A stretch of 62,170 nt of DNA, filler included, from Stramenopiles sp. TOSAG23-3 (Eukaryota), in NCBI GenBank assembly GCA_900128585.1. It is 16 parts of 16 records of this genome, joined end to end, with 100 filler letters (N's around TTAATTAATTAA, not from the genome) between each part and the next. Parts side by side here need not be neighbours in the genome. Positions count along the whole stretch, not along the records: positions 42,870 to 46,653 come from LT644075.1; positions 46,754 to 50,534 come from LT644076.1; positions 50,635 to 54,414 come from LT644077.1; positions 54,515 to 58,293 come from LT644078.1; 12 more parts are not named here. The stretch is one strand, 5' to 3'. The translations under genes were made by a program, and so were the position numbers. Positions 42,870 to 55,035 of the stretch are shown piece after piece. Below the pieces are notes generated by a model, which saw only the letters and a list, made by a program, of their open reading frames with translations, did no database searches and was not told where the DNA came from. Position 1 is the stretch's first letter. Every line of letters begins with the position of its first letter.

Positions 42870-45800
42870 CATGTTAATTTCGACATCCTTTACCGCTGCT
42901 ACTTGCAGGAGGGCATTTCGCAACAGATTTGCATCACACATACCATCGATTTCCTCCACGACGAGCGTGTATAGACCCGAGGATTCTGACTCTACTCCTT
43001 GCGGGATTTTCATCTCCACATCAAAGCCAAGGCCTTCGCAAGCACCAACTAGGTCACTGGGTACAACCGCGTCTTCGCACTGGCAAGTTAAACTTTTCTC
43101 TTCCAGGTCAATTTCGACATCCTTTACCGCTGCTACTTGCAGGAGGGCATTTCGCAAAAGATTTGCATCGCACACACCATCGATTTCCTCCACGACGAGT
43201 GTGTATACACCGGGCTCTACCTCCGAATCCTGTGAGTCGATGGATTCCCCGTGGGGGCGCACTGCTTCCACAGCAACATGCGGCGAAGTATATGGTTCAC
43301 GAACTAATTCACTCTTGGGAACACGTTTAAGAATAGTACTGCTGTTGAATGATACCAAAAGCATGGAGCCCACATCGGCTAGAATGGCGATCCATAACTT
43401 TGCAAGGCCCATAAAGGTCAGCGTAATCATGACAATCTTACAAATTACTGCAAAGACACAGTTTTCGACAATGGTTCTCCTGCAGTCACGACCAAGCACA
43501 ATCGCCGTTACTACCCTCCTGAGATCATTTACCATCAGGGATACGTCGGCGGTCTCTATTGCAACTGCAGTGCCTTGGACCCCCATGGCAATACCAACGT
43601 CCGCGATGGCCAGCGCAGGGGCATCGTTAACGCCATCCCCGATCATGGCTACTTTGTTCCGGCTGCCTCTTCCGCATACATTGGCCTCCACGCCAGCTTC
43701 CAAAAGAATGAGTTTTTCAATATGAGAAACCTTTTCACGCGGCAACAGTTGAGCGTGCACTTTGTCAATGCCTACGGCATCGGCAACTGTGTTGGCAGAA
43801 TCTACGGTGTCCCCCGTCAACATTGTCGTGGTGACCCCGATTCGATGCAAATCGTCCACCGCTTCGCGAGCTTCCGGGCGCACTGCGTCAGATGCCAAGA
43901 ATATTGCAACCAGCTTTTTATCCACCACAAGCCACCCAGGCGTGCCTCCGCAATGCTTCCATTCGTCCGGGACCTTATCGTCGAGAATGCCCATTCGCTG
44001 GGGCAAACGGCGGTTTCCAACGCAGACGTCTTTGCCGTTTACAGTCGCGGAAATTCCTTCTCCTTCGATTATCCGAAAATCTCTAACATTTTTCTGTGGT
44101 TTTTCGTTTGCGCCCTTCGCAAATGAACAAAGCGCCAGGGCAATGGGGTGGCTCGATTGCTGTTCCAAAGTTAGCAACAATCGCAGGGCCTCTTTTTTCG
44201 TACTACTCATCACCTGAAACTCCGTCACCCGGAAACTTCCTTCCGTTAGTGTCCCGGTTTTGTCCATTGCGATCGAACGGATCTTAGCAAGGGCTTCCAA
44301 ATGAATGCCCCCCCTAATTAAAATTCCGTTCCGAGCACCCTGGGCCAAAGCGCATACGTAGGTCAATGGGGTGGAAATTACCAGCGCGCACGGGCAAGCA
44401 ACCACCAACAAGATAAGGGCTTCGTAAAAATACTTTTCTCCCACTTCGGCCCCCCATATCCACGGAATTGTTGCAAGCAGAAGGCTACAGCAGAAAATTA
44501 TAGGAGTGTAATATTTTGCCACTGTTTCCACCAGTTGCTCAGTGGGAGACTTTCTCCTTTGGGCTTCTTCAACAAGCCGCGTCAGCTTGGCAACTGCAGA
44601 ATCGCAAGCTAGAACGGTGGTTTTCACTTTCAAGAAGCCGCCGCCGACGTTGACGGTCCCCCCGGACACAGAGTCACCAAGTCTCTTCCGCACTGGCCGG
44701 GACTCCCCCGTGAGCATGCTTTCGTCAACAGTGCTTTCGCCCGAAACGACGGTGCCGTCAATCGGCACCTTGTCCCCGGATCGAATGGAGATTAGGGAAC
44801 CAATTTTTACGTCTTCGACGGGGGTGGGAGTTGCATTTTCACCGATGTACGCCACCTCGGGGGTAAGGGCAACAATTGCTTCGATTGCCCCTCGGACGCG
44901 CTCGGTTGCGAACGATTCCAACCAATCGCTCCAGGAGAAAAGGACCATAAGGGTCGCGCCTTCTACATAGTCCCCTATGCCGATAGCACCCAGGGCAGCG
45001 CCTGTCATTAAAAAGTTAATGTCCAGGAGACGCCGTCTCAAAGAATAGTACGTTCGTTGGGCGATTTTGGGCCACCAGGATAGTGCCATCGCTGCGATTG
45101 CAAAGTACTTCAAAACACTCAGCCCTTCGAGTATGCTAAACAGCGAAACAATCCATAGCAGCATGGCAGCCCTATAATTCCAGTTTGGAAGACGAAATTT
45201 TGTTTTCGAACCTTTGCCATCGCCCACCGTGTCCGCATCGGGAACGACGGTCACGGAAACCCCAGAATCGTTTGGAACGCTGGTCGACAAGAGTTTTGGG
45301 GCCAGCCCTACCTTCTTCAAACCTGCGGACAAGCCCTCTGCGCCAACCAGTGGCCCGTGAACAACTGTGACGCGCTTTCTCGTTACATTGACATGAATGT
45401 CATAAATGCTTGAGCCGAACTTCGAACGGAGTGCATCGTTTACGAGAGGAACCTCACTTGCGCAGCAAATCCCACCGCACTCCAGCACTGTGGTGTGCAT
45501 GAGCTTGTCTTTTTTGTGGCTTGGAAGATTGGAAGAAATCAATTTTGGGCCAAGGCCTGCTTTCTTTAAGTTTCGTATCATTGTGTCGACGGAAACGTCT
45601 GGCCCATGCTCTATAGTGACCCGCTTTCGCGTAACGTTAACGTGAACCGTTTTAACGGTATCTCCAGGCATCTTTTTCAAGGCGTCATTGATCATGGGCG
45701 TTTCGCTGGCGCAGCATATCCCGGAGCACTCCAGTATCGTAACGAAAGAAGACCGGGAGTGTCGTGGGAGCCTCAAATACTGCTCCTTCACACCGTTCAA

Positions 45801-46445
45801 ACCGGACGAAAAAAAGTACATGGACCCCCAGTTTTGCGAGCTTGCGGATCGATACGTTTCTTTGCACGGTTCCCCGCACTCATGATCATCGTTTTCGCGG
45901 CAGGGAAGGGCAGTGTAGCAAGAATTGTTATTTTCTATCTTCAACTTCGTCAGCTTGTCCCAGTCCGAGTCTCGAAAACAAAACCCCCCGTCACTGCTGC
46001 ACATAGCGTCCCTTGCACCGTCGGCGCAGCAGTTTTCATCGTGTTGCGCGATTGTATTTGTGCCTTGTAACATAGGGACATCAATACCGTCGCTTGCGCT
46101 GTCCAGGCAGCACGAATCCGATACGTTGTAGCAGGTCATCGCTTTGCCTTCCAGAAAACCTAAGTGCAGCTGGCCCTCGTCGGTCACGTGCAGCAGCGGT
46201 ATATGGCCACAGTCTGAGTCGTGGCGGCAACTTGCCCCCCCAGAGGTCGCCTGCACCTTGACCCCGCGCCGCTGCCTTATTCCTCGCGACTTGGGAACTT
46301 GGATAACCACACCTGATGGTTGCACCGATGGTTGAGCATGGGCGGGTTCATGAGAGTGGCCATGATTATCGTGAGAGTGCTCATGATTGCCGTGAGAGTG
46401 CGCTTGATTGTCGTGAGAGTGCCCGTGGCGACTGGGAGAGTTCAT
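42870..46445 (-). CDS. P1B-type heavy-metal (Zn/Cd-type) transporting ATPase (3'-partial)
   Basis: [33 protein letters not shown]; two GICCASE HMA domains; His-rich N-terminus. Confidence 0.95.
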
Positions 46446-47017
46446 TGTATCAACACTACGAAGTGAAACGGACCAACAGGGAAAGAAAAAAGTATGAGTG
46501 GACAAATTCTCGTTAAACTATTTGCAAGAGTGTTGTTTTCAGTCGGTCTATCTTTTACCTCTTCATTTATTAGGGATACCTACCCATTTACTTCTACGAT
46601 ACAAAGTGGGAAAAAACAATTATTGTTTAATTCAAGTTTTTTATTCCTTTTTTNNNNNNNNNNNNNNNNNNNNNNNNNNNNNNNNNNNNNNNNNNNNTTA
46701 ATTAATTAANNNNNNNNNNNNNNNNNNNNNNNNNNNNNNNNNNNNNNNNNNNNATAGTTTATACTTATAAAGTGGTTCGGTATTTCCTATGAATGCGTGT
46801 TCAGCAAACGTTCGTTGTCAGCTCTCTAATAATATTATACCTGTATCTGTACCAGGTACCGATAATACTTGGTATTTCTTCTACTGATATAATACCAAGG
46901 TAACAACAATTGTTCAAAACGCTGGTCAAGCATGCAATCGGCGTAAAAACCGAATAAAGTTTGCTGAACTAGCTTGGGATCTTAAGCGACAGTTCTGTGC
47001 AGTTTTATCCCCCATAC

Positions 47018-48199
47018 ATGTTTCGGAAAAGAAAGAAAAAGAGAAGCGTTGTACCTGTGGGTGGCGACGGCTTGCCGTGTAATAATGGGAAGGTGGAAAT
47101 ACGAAAAAATATAGACAACGAGGATTTTATGGAAGGCTTGGCTGAAATAGAGTGCAATATATTAGATGATATTGATCTTTCATTTAGCGAGTTGCTGGAC
47201 GATGACGTGCACTTTTTGGCGATGGCTCTCCGCAAGAACACTAAGGTTACTAAGCTTGATTTGAGGTTCAACCAAATAACCCCTGTGGGCTGTCAGCATT
47301 TGGCGGAAGCACTGAAAATAAACGAGACGTTGCTGCACCTGCACTTGTGGACAAACCAAATCGGCGCAGAAGGTTGTGAGCGCTTATGTGATGCGTTATT
47401 GGTGAACAAAACGTTGTTGTCACTGGATTTGGGAGATAATAATATAGGAAACGCTGGGTTTTTGAAGATTATTAGGATGCTAGAAGTGAACCGCACCCTT
47501 AAAAATTTGTATTTATGGAACAACGGAATTTCGAGCACGGGAGTACGGTCCTTCGTCGAGTTTTTGAAGTTGCAAGAAAAGGAAGTTGGCCAAGTATTCC
47601 TTGAAGTAATGGATTTGCAGTATAATAATATCGGGGGTTCGGGAGATAAGCTGCTTGCGAGTGTCGTCGAGAAGACGGGCGACGCAGTTATACGCAGCGC
47701 ATTTCAGGTGCCCGGGGAACGCCGTTCAACTATTCGATTGTCGTGGAGCTCGACTGGTATGGACGGGAACAAAAAAGATTACAGCGCCGATGGAACGGGA
47801 ACCAGTGCCACAAAAGAAAAGGGGTGGGAAGATATTAAAGAGGGGATTAAATATCACGGTGACCATTTCGTGGCCCACCGACTTTTGAACAACGTCACCT
47901 TTTCTACAGAAAGACAAGGCGCCATATATCCCCAAACTGGCGTGTACGATAGCTTTCCTTCGATAACGTTTGAAATTGCAGATTCGTATGCACCCGAGCG
48001 AATGTATGAAGCAACGTACAGGCATCCTTTGCACCCAAAGAAAAACCCTTTGGAAATGGATGGGATTACAAGGGATCTTTTAGAAGAAACATATGTGTTC
48101 AAGAAGCCCGACCCGAACAAAAAAATTGTTAGCTTGCTGGCGGCACGCAAGCGGAAACAGGAGATCACCCGGGAAGAGCATGAGAGGAAGGGTTTTTAA
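47018..48199 (+). CDS. Leucine-rich repeat protein (RNI/NLRC3-like 28-aa repeats)
   Basis: LDLRFNQI, LHLWTNQIG, LDLGDNNIG, LYLWNNGI, MDLQYNNIG. Confidence 0.85.
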   Translation: MFRKRKKKRSVVPVGGDGLPCNNGKVEIRKNIDNEDFMEGLAEIECNILDDIDLSFSELLDDDVHFLAMALRKNTKVTKLDLRFNQITPVGCQHLAEALKINETLLHLHLWTNQIGAEGCERLCDALLVNKTLLSLDLGDNNIGNAGFLKIIRMLEVNRTLKNLYLWNNGISSTGVRSFVEFLKLQEKEVGQVFLEVMDLQYNNIGGSGDKLLASVVEKTGDAVIRSAFQVPGERRSTIRLSWSSTGMDGNKKDYSADGTGTSATKEKGWEDIKEGIKYHGDHFVAHRLLNNVTFSTERQGAIYPQTGVYDSFPSITFEIADSYAPERMYEATYRHPLHPKKNPLEMDGITRDLLEETYVFKKPDPNKKIVSLLAARKRKQEITREEHERKGF

Positions 48200-48323
48200 C
48201 GTTAAAAACAACATGTTATGAATAAAATATTAAAATTCGTACACGAATTCTTACTTCGTAAAAGTTAAAAATAAAAGCACCACCCCTGAAATTTAGTCCA
48301 ATATTTATTTTGTTTTTTAAAAC

Positions 48324-48397
48324 ACAAGAAAAATTGGCTGTTATTAGGGTATGAGGAAGCTAAATTTAATTACTTAAATAACAGCCAATTTTCTTGT
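48324..48397. repeat. Inverted repeat of about 21 bp between convergent genes
   Basis: ACAAGAAAAATTGGCTGTTATT ... AATAACAGCCAATTTTCTTGT (one bulge). Confidence 0.7.
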
Positions 48398-48445
48398 TTT
48401 TATTTTATTTATACGACGGTAAAAATAACAGCCAAAATTTTGATT

Positions 48446-50534
48446 TTAAGTCTCGTAGCCTCGTCGTTTCTTCCCAATGGGCGACTGTGTGAATCGTCGG
48501 TATCTCTCTTGCAGCCTTAATTTTGCTTTTTCAGATCCAGACATGTTCGTAGAACTAGACGGTCTGCCCCCGCTGTACACATTTCGGCGCTTCCCATGTT
48601 CGTGTCTCGGCCTTTGGCGAGGGCGCTTCTTATTCCTGTGCCTTCCTGCGCTGCGGATGGTTTTTCTACCTCCCAAAGTTTCCTGCATACTGCTTAAACT
48701 TGGATCCACGTCTCGGTAAGACCCAGTAGTGGTTGACGGCCTCGAATTAAAATCCATGGACGTTGATGGACGGGATGGAATACTGCTGCCCGTGCCATCG
48801 TAGTAATCTTGTGGCGTGGATGCCGTCGACCTCGAGTTTGCGATTCTATTTTGCTGATTCTGCGATTTAGGGCGTACTCTACTTCCAACCGAGCTGCTTC
48901 TAGAGGGTGGGCGGGGCATCATGGACGACGCAGAAGAAGACGCTACGGAGTTTTTCGAGCTGTTTGGCCTCGAAGAATTTCCCCGGGGACTTCGAGATCC
49001 TGCTTTTACTGGTGCTTCTTCTGGCTCAATATGTAGACGCAACAGCGTTTTTCTTAATGCCTTCGGGTTGCACATTAAAGGCACAATGTCCGCAGAGCGA
49101 ATTTTCTTCTCTATAATCTCAAAGTTGCCTTCTTTCATGACCGTGTACATGTCAATCGCGTGCTGACTGTCTTTTGGAATTGGGCACTGGAAGCGCTCTT
49201 TGTAGACCTTTTTAGGTTTCTTTGGCTTCTTTACATCCAGGGACGATTTTGGAGAGCGTCGCATTTGTACTTGTTCGGCGTACGTTCTTGCAAAGTCTTC
49301 GACCAGAATGGTTGTTGCCGATGCCGGGGGGGCTCCAAGTTCTTCGTAGAGAGTTTCCAGTTCTGTCCAATTGTTCCGAATGTTTGCCACTCGTCTCGAT
49401 TCTTCAACTTTCCCGCGAAGGATTTGCGCTTGCTCGGCCGCAAAACGCTTCCTCTCAATAACTTTTTGTCGAACCTCCATGCGCCTGCTTAATTGCTCGT
49501 TTCGTTGTTTTGTTTTTTTGCGACGATGCTCTGCCCGGTGGTTTCGGATTCGCCTCATTCGTTCGGTAACGTAATGTTTGTCTTCGGCAATCAATCGCTT
49601 CCGCTCCGTTTCTTCTAAGTTCTTTTTCCGACGAAAATTTTCGAAATCTTGCCGTTCTTTTAATTTAATTTCTTTCATTTTAATTTGATTGTCCTGCCCG
49701 AGCCAGTTCCCCAAAAACGTGCGTTGCACTTGCAGCCACTGCACTTTGTTTTTCTCCGCCATGCGTCTTTTTCTGCTCATTAATTCATTGCAGTAGGAAT
49801 CAAATATTTCTTTTTGCCGTTTCGCAATTTCCTGCCGGCGAGCCTCAATATTACCGGTTCTGTCCCTTTCCTTACGCTCCAACTTTATGGAATGCAGCAT
49901 TTGACCTCTTAAATCTTCCTCGTCCTTTCTCAGTGCGTCAAAGCTGTGTGCTAGTGCAGCTAGATCCTCTTGTGTCAGCGACAAGGCGAGTTCATCTTGG
50001 CGTAAAAAATCCGGCAAGTCCGACGATGTTACCCCATTGGCCGCCCGGCCGTTAATTTCAAGTTCATCCGCACGCTTATGGGCACCCATGTCGTCTTTCA
50101 CGAGCGTCAAAAGGTCTTCCAGTAAGTCTTTGTGGTGTTTAAATCTTATTTTTGCGATATGAACGGGAACCTCACCACGTATGCCTCGAAACTCCTCAAA
50201 ATCCTTCAGAAGTAACTCTTTTGGAAGAACGCCTTGACGTTTGCATGCGAGCAGAACGTGTGGGTCGGTCGGTTCTTCCCCCAAAGCAGGATCAAACCCT
50301 GGTACGATATGACCAAAGTTCACTTTAGCGTTGTGCACACGATACACGGGGATGGACATCATCACGCTGCCGCGGCGAGCAGGTTTTGGAGATGTGGTGC
50401 CAGGATTGTTTGAGGGCTTCAGGATCACTTCGCTGTGTTGGTACGGTTCTGCGGGCAACGGCGGGACTTGCCCCACCTCCTGCGTTTCACCCACGACAGG
50501 CTTGTCCCATGCCTCATCTGCTTGCACGTCAACC
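48446..50534 (-). CDS. Coiled-coil protein with Ser/Arg-rich tail (probably 5'-partial)
   Basis: 693-aa ORF; LACKRQGVLPKELL motif, long charged helix. Confidence 0.7.
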
Positions 50535-51108
50535 NNNNNNNNNNNNNNNNNNNNNNNNNNNNNNNNNNNNNNNNNNNNTTAATTAATTAANNNNNNNNNN
50601 NNNNNNNNNNNNNNNNNNNNNNNNNNNNNNNNNNGATCGCACCCTTCCTATATGTATGTTGTGTACTCAATGCTGTGTGTATTGACCGCCCAGACTAGGA
50701 CGGACTCCTCGTACTTGTAATAAATTCATCGCCTGTGAAAGAAGAACAGGGGGGCGACACAGTATTATTGTTTTTTTTATTTTATTATTTTATTTTTTTT
50801 TTAGTCGAGCGACGACGACGACGATGTGAAGAAAAAAATAATCAATCAATCAATCATTCAGAGAAACCGACAAACCACCAAGTTATATTTATTAAGAAAT
50901 CTCTGGTGCGTGGTATAAATAGAAAGGAGTTAGGGATTTACAAATTGATTTGCAACGTACTATTTTTGAATTCTTGAGATTATTCGGGCGTTCCGATAGT
51001 TTTGTATGAGAGTTGCAGTGTTGGTGTTTCCGGGTGGGCCAGATCAGTTCAATTTTTTGACGACGTATTGTAGGCAGGCATCGAAATATTAGGCTTAGGG
51101 TCTCGACA

Positions 51109-51741
51109 ATGGGCGGGGACGATGACGGTGACGTTCCCGTAGACGCCGAGGCGGGAGTTTCGCTTGAGAATTTGAAAGAGGAGGTGCCCTGGTTGAACCA
51201 TAGCATTTTCAAACTATCCCCTTTAATATTCGGTGCGGGTATTATGACCGCGGGGTTTAGGTACGGCTACAGTGGGCAAATGGACAAATATATGCAAGAC
51301 GAAGCGTTTGCTACGGATCGTCAAAGGAAAGGGAAGCGTCGAGGGAAGGTGGTCACGAAGTTAAAAGGTCAACGAAGGGTTGCACTGAGCAAGTTTGACC
51401 CACGGCTAAATTCTGAAGACAGGGCTAGGAAGATTGCGCTTCGGGCGCTAGGGTACTCATCCCTGTTGACGGGGGCAATATTTATGGGGGGGGCTGCATT
51501 CATTGGGATAGCACTGAACGTAACGAGCGTAAAGGAATTCAGCGAAAAAATGAGAGAAATACTGCCAAAGGCGGTAGGCGACCCAATGGAAAGCAGCGTT
51601 GCCCCTCCGTTTTTGAGAATTCGGCAATGGTTCGAGAAGAAGTTTGACACCCCTGTGCACAACGAACCGATCGACGAAGATAGCATTTTTTACGAGAAGC
51701 CGAAAAACGTCGGCAGGGATGACTCGAACGCTGGCGTATGA
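51109..51741 (+). CDS. TMEM242 / DUF1358-like membrane protein
   Basis: Two hydrophobic segments; IALRALGYSSLL...LNVTSVKEFSEKMREILP. Confidence 0.65.
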   Translation: MGGDDDGDVPVDAEAGVSLENLKEEVPWLNHSIFKLSPLIFGAGIMTAGFRYGYSGQMDKYMQDEAFATDRQRKGKRRGKVVTKLKGQRRVALSKFDPRLNSEDRARKIALRALGYSSLLTGAIFMGGAAFIGIALNVTSVKEFSEKMREILPKAVGDPMESSVAPPFLRIRQWFEKKFDTPVHNEPIDEDSIFYEKPKNVGRDDSNAGV

Positions 51742-51967
51742 GTGTGCGGCGAGTGTTAGCGATTTTGACGGGCTCACCGGCAGCAAACATGAAATAAAAA
51801 GTAAACTTAATTTACGTTTACAACTTAAGGTTCTTAAGATTATTTTCTTTTGATAATTAGGTGCGTCTTAAATTTACCTGTGACTAAAACAATCCCCCGC
51901 CGCGCGCTGTAAATAATATATATGCCTGAAGTTGAACAATAAGATACCGAAACGATCCTGCCGACGC

Positions 51968-52963
51968 TTACCACGACATGGACGCGCTTGCAAGAGGCGT
52001 GTTCTTTTCGGTTTCCTGTTCGTACTCGACTTCCACGTACGATCGTTTCTTCTTGGGGCGCTTCTTCTTTGGTTTGCTGCCTCCCCGCTTCGGCGCGCGC
52101 CGCTTGTTGGAGGGCTTGTCCGCGTCTCCCACGTCCTCTTCGTCCTCGTCGCCGGCCGATTTTTTTCTATCTTGGGCACCTTCGCTGTCGCTCTCCCCAT
52201 CATCGCTGCTGTCGTCCTCGTCATCTGGGATGCCGTCCGAGGACGATTCGTCGCTCTCGTCGCTATAAAAGTCCTCCATATCACTAACGTCCGAGTCGGA
52301 AAAGTCTTCCACGTAGGCGCGGGTAACTTGACCATCGTCTTCTTCGTCCTCTACTTCCAAATCATCTTCGTCTTCGATCGCCCCAGCTTCGTCCAACGCT
52401 TTGTTGTAGTTTCTCTGCGGAAAGTTATAGATGTCCCCATACGTGCCTTCCTTAAGACGGTTCAACAATTCTTGCTCGATCGCCTTCTCCACCTGCGCAG
52501 CTTGCAGTGCTTTGCGTTCCCTGGTCCGCTCACGTTTGTCCAGTTTCTTGTTGACACCTACTATTTTTGGCCGCACGGTCAGCCTTAACCGTCGCATACG
52601 AATCAGGTATTGGTGAATCTTTGTCAGCCGCTGCTTATTTTTATGGGCAAGGAATTTCGGAAAGTATTCCAACTCTTTCGACACGATTGCCAAGGCCTTC
52701 TCGTAGTTGCGGGGAAGCTTTATCTTCTCCCACATGTTCTTTGGCGTGTGAGCGCGCTCAATGGTCTTAATGTACAGGTAGCACAGACCGTCCTCTTCCT
52801 TTATTGTCGCGTACCTACTGTTCGCTAACGGGCAAGAGCTCTTGTTGCACAGGCCACTTACATTGTCTTCGTTCCTGCAGAATGTTTTTTCTTTGGCCAC
52901 TTTGGACTTGAAGGAACAGAAGTGGTGGTTAATAACCTGCCATATGATCTCGTCGTTTTGCAT
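51968..52963 (-). CDS. MAK16: Ribosome biogenesis protein MAK16
   Basis: DEIIWQVINHHFCSFK, FCRNEDNVSGLCNKSSCPLANSRYAT, IERAHTP, acidic tail with VEVEYEQE. Confidence 0.97.
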   Translation of the reverse strand: MQNDEIIWQVINHHFCSFKSKVAKEKTFCRNEDNVSGLCNKSSCPLANSRYATIKEEDGLCYLYIKTIERAHTPKNMWEKIKLPRNYEKALAIVSKELEYFPKFLAHKNKQRLTKIHQYLIRMRRLRLTVRPKIVGVNKKLDKRERTRERKALQAAQVEKAIEQELLNRLKEGTYGDIYNFPQRNYNKALDEAGAIEDEDDLEVEDEEDDGQVTRAYVEDFSDSDVSDMEDFYSDESDESSSDGIPDDEDDSSDDGESDSEGAQDRKKSAGDEDEEDVGDADKPSNKRRAPKRGGSKPKKKRPKKKRSYVEVEYEQETEKNTPLASASMSW

Positions 52964-53634
52964 GGCTTATATGGTATAATAAGGTGTGAGGGGCAGACAA
53001 AAAACAGCAAACCAAAGTTGCGTGCGCGGATAAATTCAAAAACAAAAAACTCGCTCTGTGTACAACAAATGCACATATACATTCCACTCAATCAGTACCT
53101 ACGTACTTTCTTTCCATTTTAGTTTGTTCCACACCACCTATTTATTTATGTTTGTTACTACTTATTAAAATATACAACAACACAATCGTCGCGTTCTCTT
53201 CTTCTTCCTCAACCACTCATGACCATCCATAATTTTAATACATACACATAGCACCGTCTATCCCTATTTTTATTTTTAGCGAAGTCGTATACTAGTACAC
53301 ACCACCGCGGCCGGTATTGTATTTATATAAATCGTTATTTTTCGCCCACAATTTTGTATTTAATAAATAGGTATGTTTATATTTAAATACGTTTCATATG
53401 TATTCTCTACACAGTTTGGTGGAAGAGAAAAAAAAGATCATCTGAGAGAGTTCGTTGAGAGTATATATTATAGTATCAATTCATACTCTTATCTCCTCCC
53501 CCCCGAATATGAAGAAGCAAAAAATGGTGTAACAAGTGTATCTCAGGGATATTTTTAATGAAGGGTTCAAACTATTTGTTCCTGTTAAGTCAAGACCAGG
53601 GTCTAACTTCGACCTAACGGGTTTCAGTTCGTTT

Positions 53635-54198
53635 TCATTCACCGGAGCTGGTTGATCCCGGCGTCCAGCTTTTGACCCATTCCTGAACCCGTTCCACGTT
53701 TTCCTCCATCTGATCGATCGTGTTGCTCTCGACCGCGTGGATGATTTCGCTCCGGTAGCTGGCACGCGCTTCTTCCAACACAACTTGCATGATTTCGCAC
53801 TGTACATTTTCAGAAAGTTTGACTTCGTTGTATCCTCTATTTTTCAGCCTATCGAACAGGATGGTGTTGTCCGTGCGAAGGACGAGGACCAGGTCAAACC
53901 AGCGCTCCGGGAAAAAATCAATGCTATGAAAATCTACAATATTACCCCCCTCGTCCATAGCGTCCTCGATCTCGTCGCACAGTGCGTCCTCGTCCAACAT
54001 CAAACAGTCGTACTCTTCATTACGCTCCGTAGACAGCTGCTTCTTTCTCACTAGCGCGCTGCAATTAATGTGCTTCAACCCCGTCGTCTCCGCTATAAGT
54101 GCAGACGTTGAAGTCTTTCCAGTCCCCGGCGTTCCAGTTATCAATATGTTCGGCCGTTTTCGCTGACCCGCTCCATTCCCTGCAACTACACCAGCCAT
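53635..54198 (-). CDS. AK6: Adenylate kinase 6 / Fap7 (hCINAP)
   Basis: PNILITGTPGTGKT, IVDFH, FFPERWFDLV, ENVQCEI. Confidence 0.95.
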   Translation of the reverse strand: MAGVVAGNGAGQRKRPNILITGTPGTGKTSTSALIAETTGLKHINCSALVRKKQLSTERNEEYDCLMLDEDALCDEIEDAMDEGGNIVDFHSIDFFPERWFDLVLVLRTDNTILFDRLKNRGYNEVKLSENVQCEIMQVVLEEARASYRSEIIHAVESNTIDQMEENVERVQEWVKSWTPGSTSSGE

Positions 54199-54514
54199 CT
54201 CGTTATGATATTATTATTCGACCACGAAAGAGAAAAATCCAAACGCGAAGATTTATGATAAACGTGTTAAATCTCGTACTTTCTACAGTCCAATTTTAAC
54301 TCTTTCCAATAGAATAACTTTCATTTATATTTCTGCAAACAATTATTATTACCAAATAAAATACAAAAATCCGGCGCGAAGAGAGAGAGATTAGAGAGAT
54401 GCGCAATGCGCAAANNNNNNNNNNNNNNNNNNNNNNNNNNNNNNNNNNNNNNNNNNNNTTAATTAATTAANNNNNNNNNNNNNNNNNNNNNNNNNNNNNN
54501 NNNNNNNNNNNNNN

Positions 54515-54805
54515 AGAAGAAGAAGAAGAAGAAGAAAGAAGAAGAAGAAGAAGAAGAAGAAGAAGAAGAAGAAGAAGAAGAAGAAGAAGAAAAGAAGAAG
54601 AAGAAAGAAGAAGAAGAAAGAAGAACAAGAAGAAGAAGAACGAAGAAGAAAGAAGAAGAAAGAAGAAGAAGAAGAAAGAAGACAGAAAGAGACAGAAGAA
54701 GAAAGACGAAGAAAGAAGAAAGAAGAAAGAAGAAAAAAAGAAAAGAAAAAAAAAAGAAGAAAGAAGAAGAAAAAGAAAGAAAAAAAAAGAAGAAGAGAAG
54801 GAGGA
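54515..54805 (+). repeat. Polypurine (GAA)n tract
   Basis: About 290 nt of almost pure A/G at contig start. Confidence 0.92.
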
Positions 54806-55035
54806 AATCAAAATTCAACAAACAACTAAACCTGTGTTTGTTATTAAATATATACAATACAAATACACAATACAAAATCAATCAATGAATCAATCAATCA
54901 ATAATCCATTTAATCTCACGTGTTTCACCATAAATATTCATTTCAAACAAAGAAATGTGTACTCATAAAGAATAGCAGGGGCCTGGGATTTCTAGACTAG
55001 ACCAGTGTTTATTTACACTTGGAGGTGGACACATC

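Noticed and set aside
51932..52588. 218-aa hydrophobic ORF antisense to MAK16
   Set aside because: Mirror of the acidic Asp/Glu tail of MAK16
54459..54881. Poly-Phe/Ser/Leu and poly-Lys/Glu/Arg ORFs (also 31316, 41770, 58338)
   Set aside because: Translations of microsatellites, some running into the spacer
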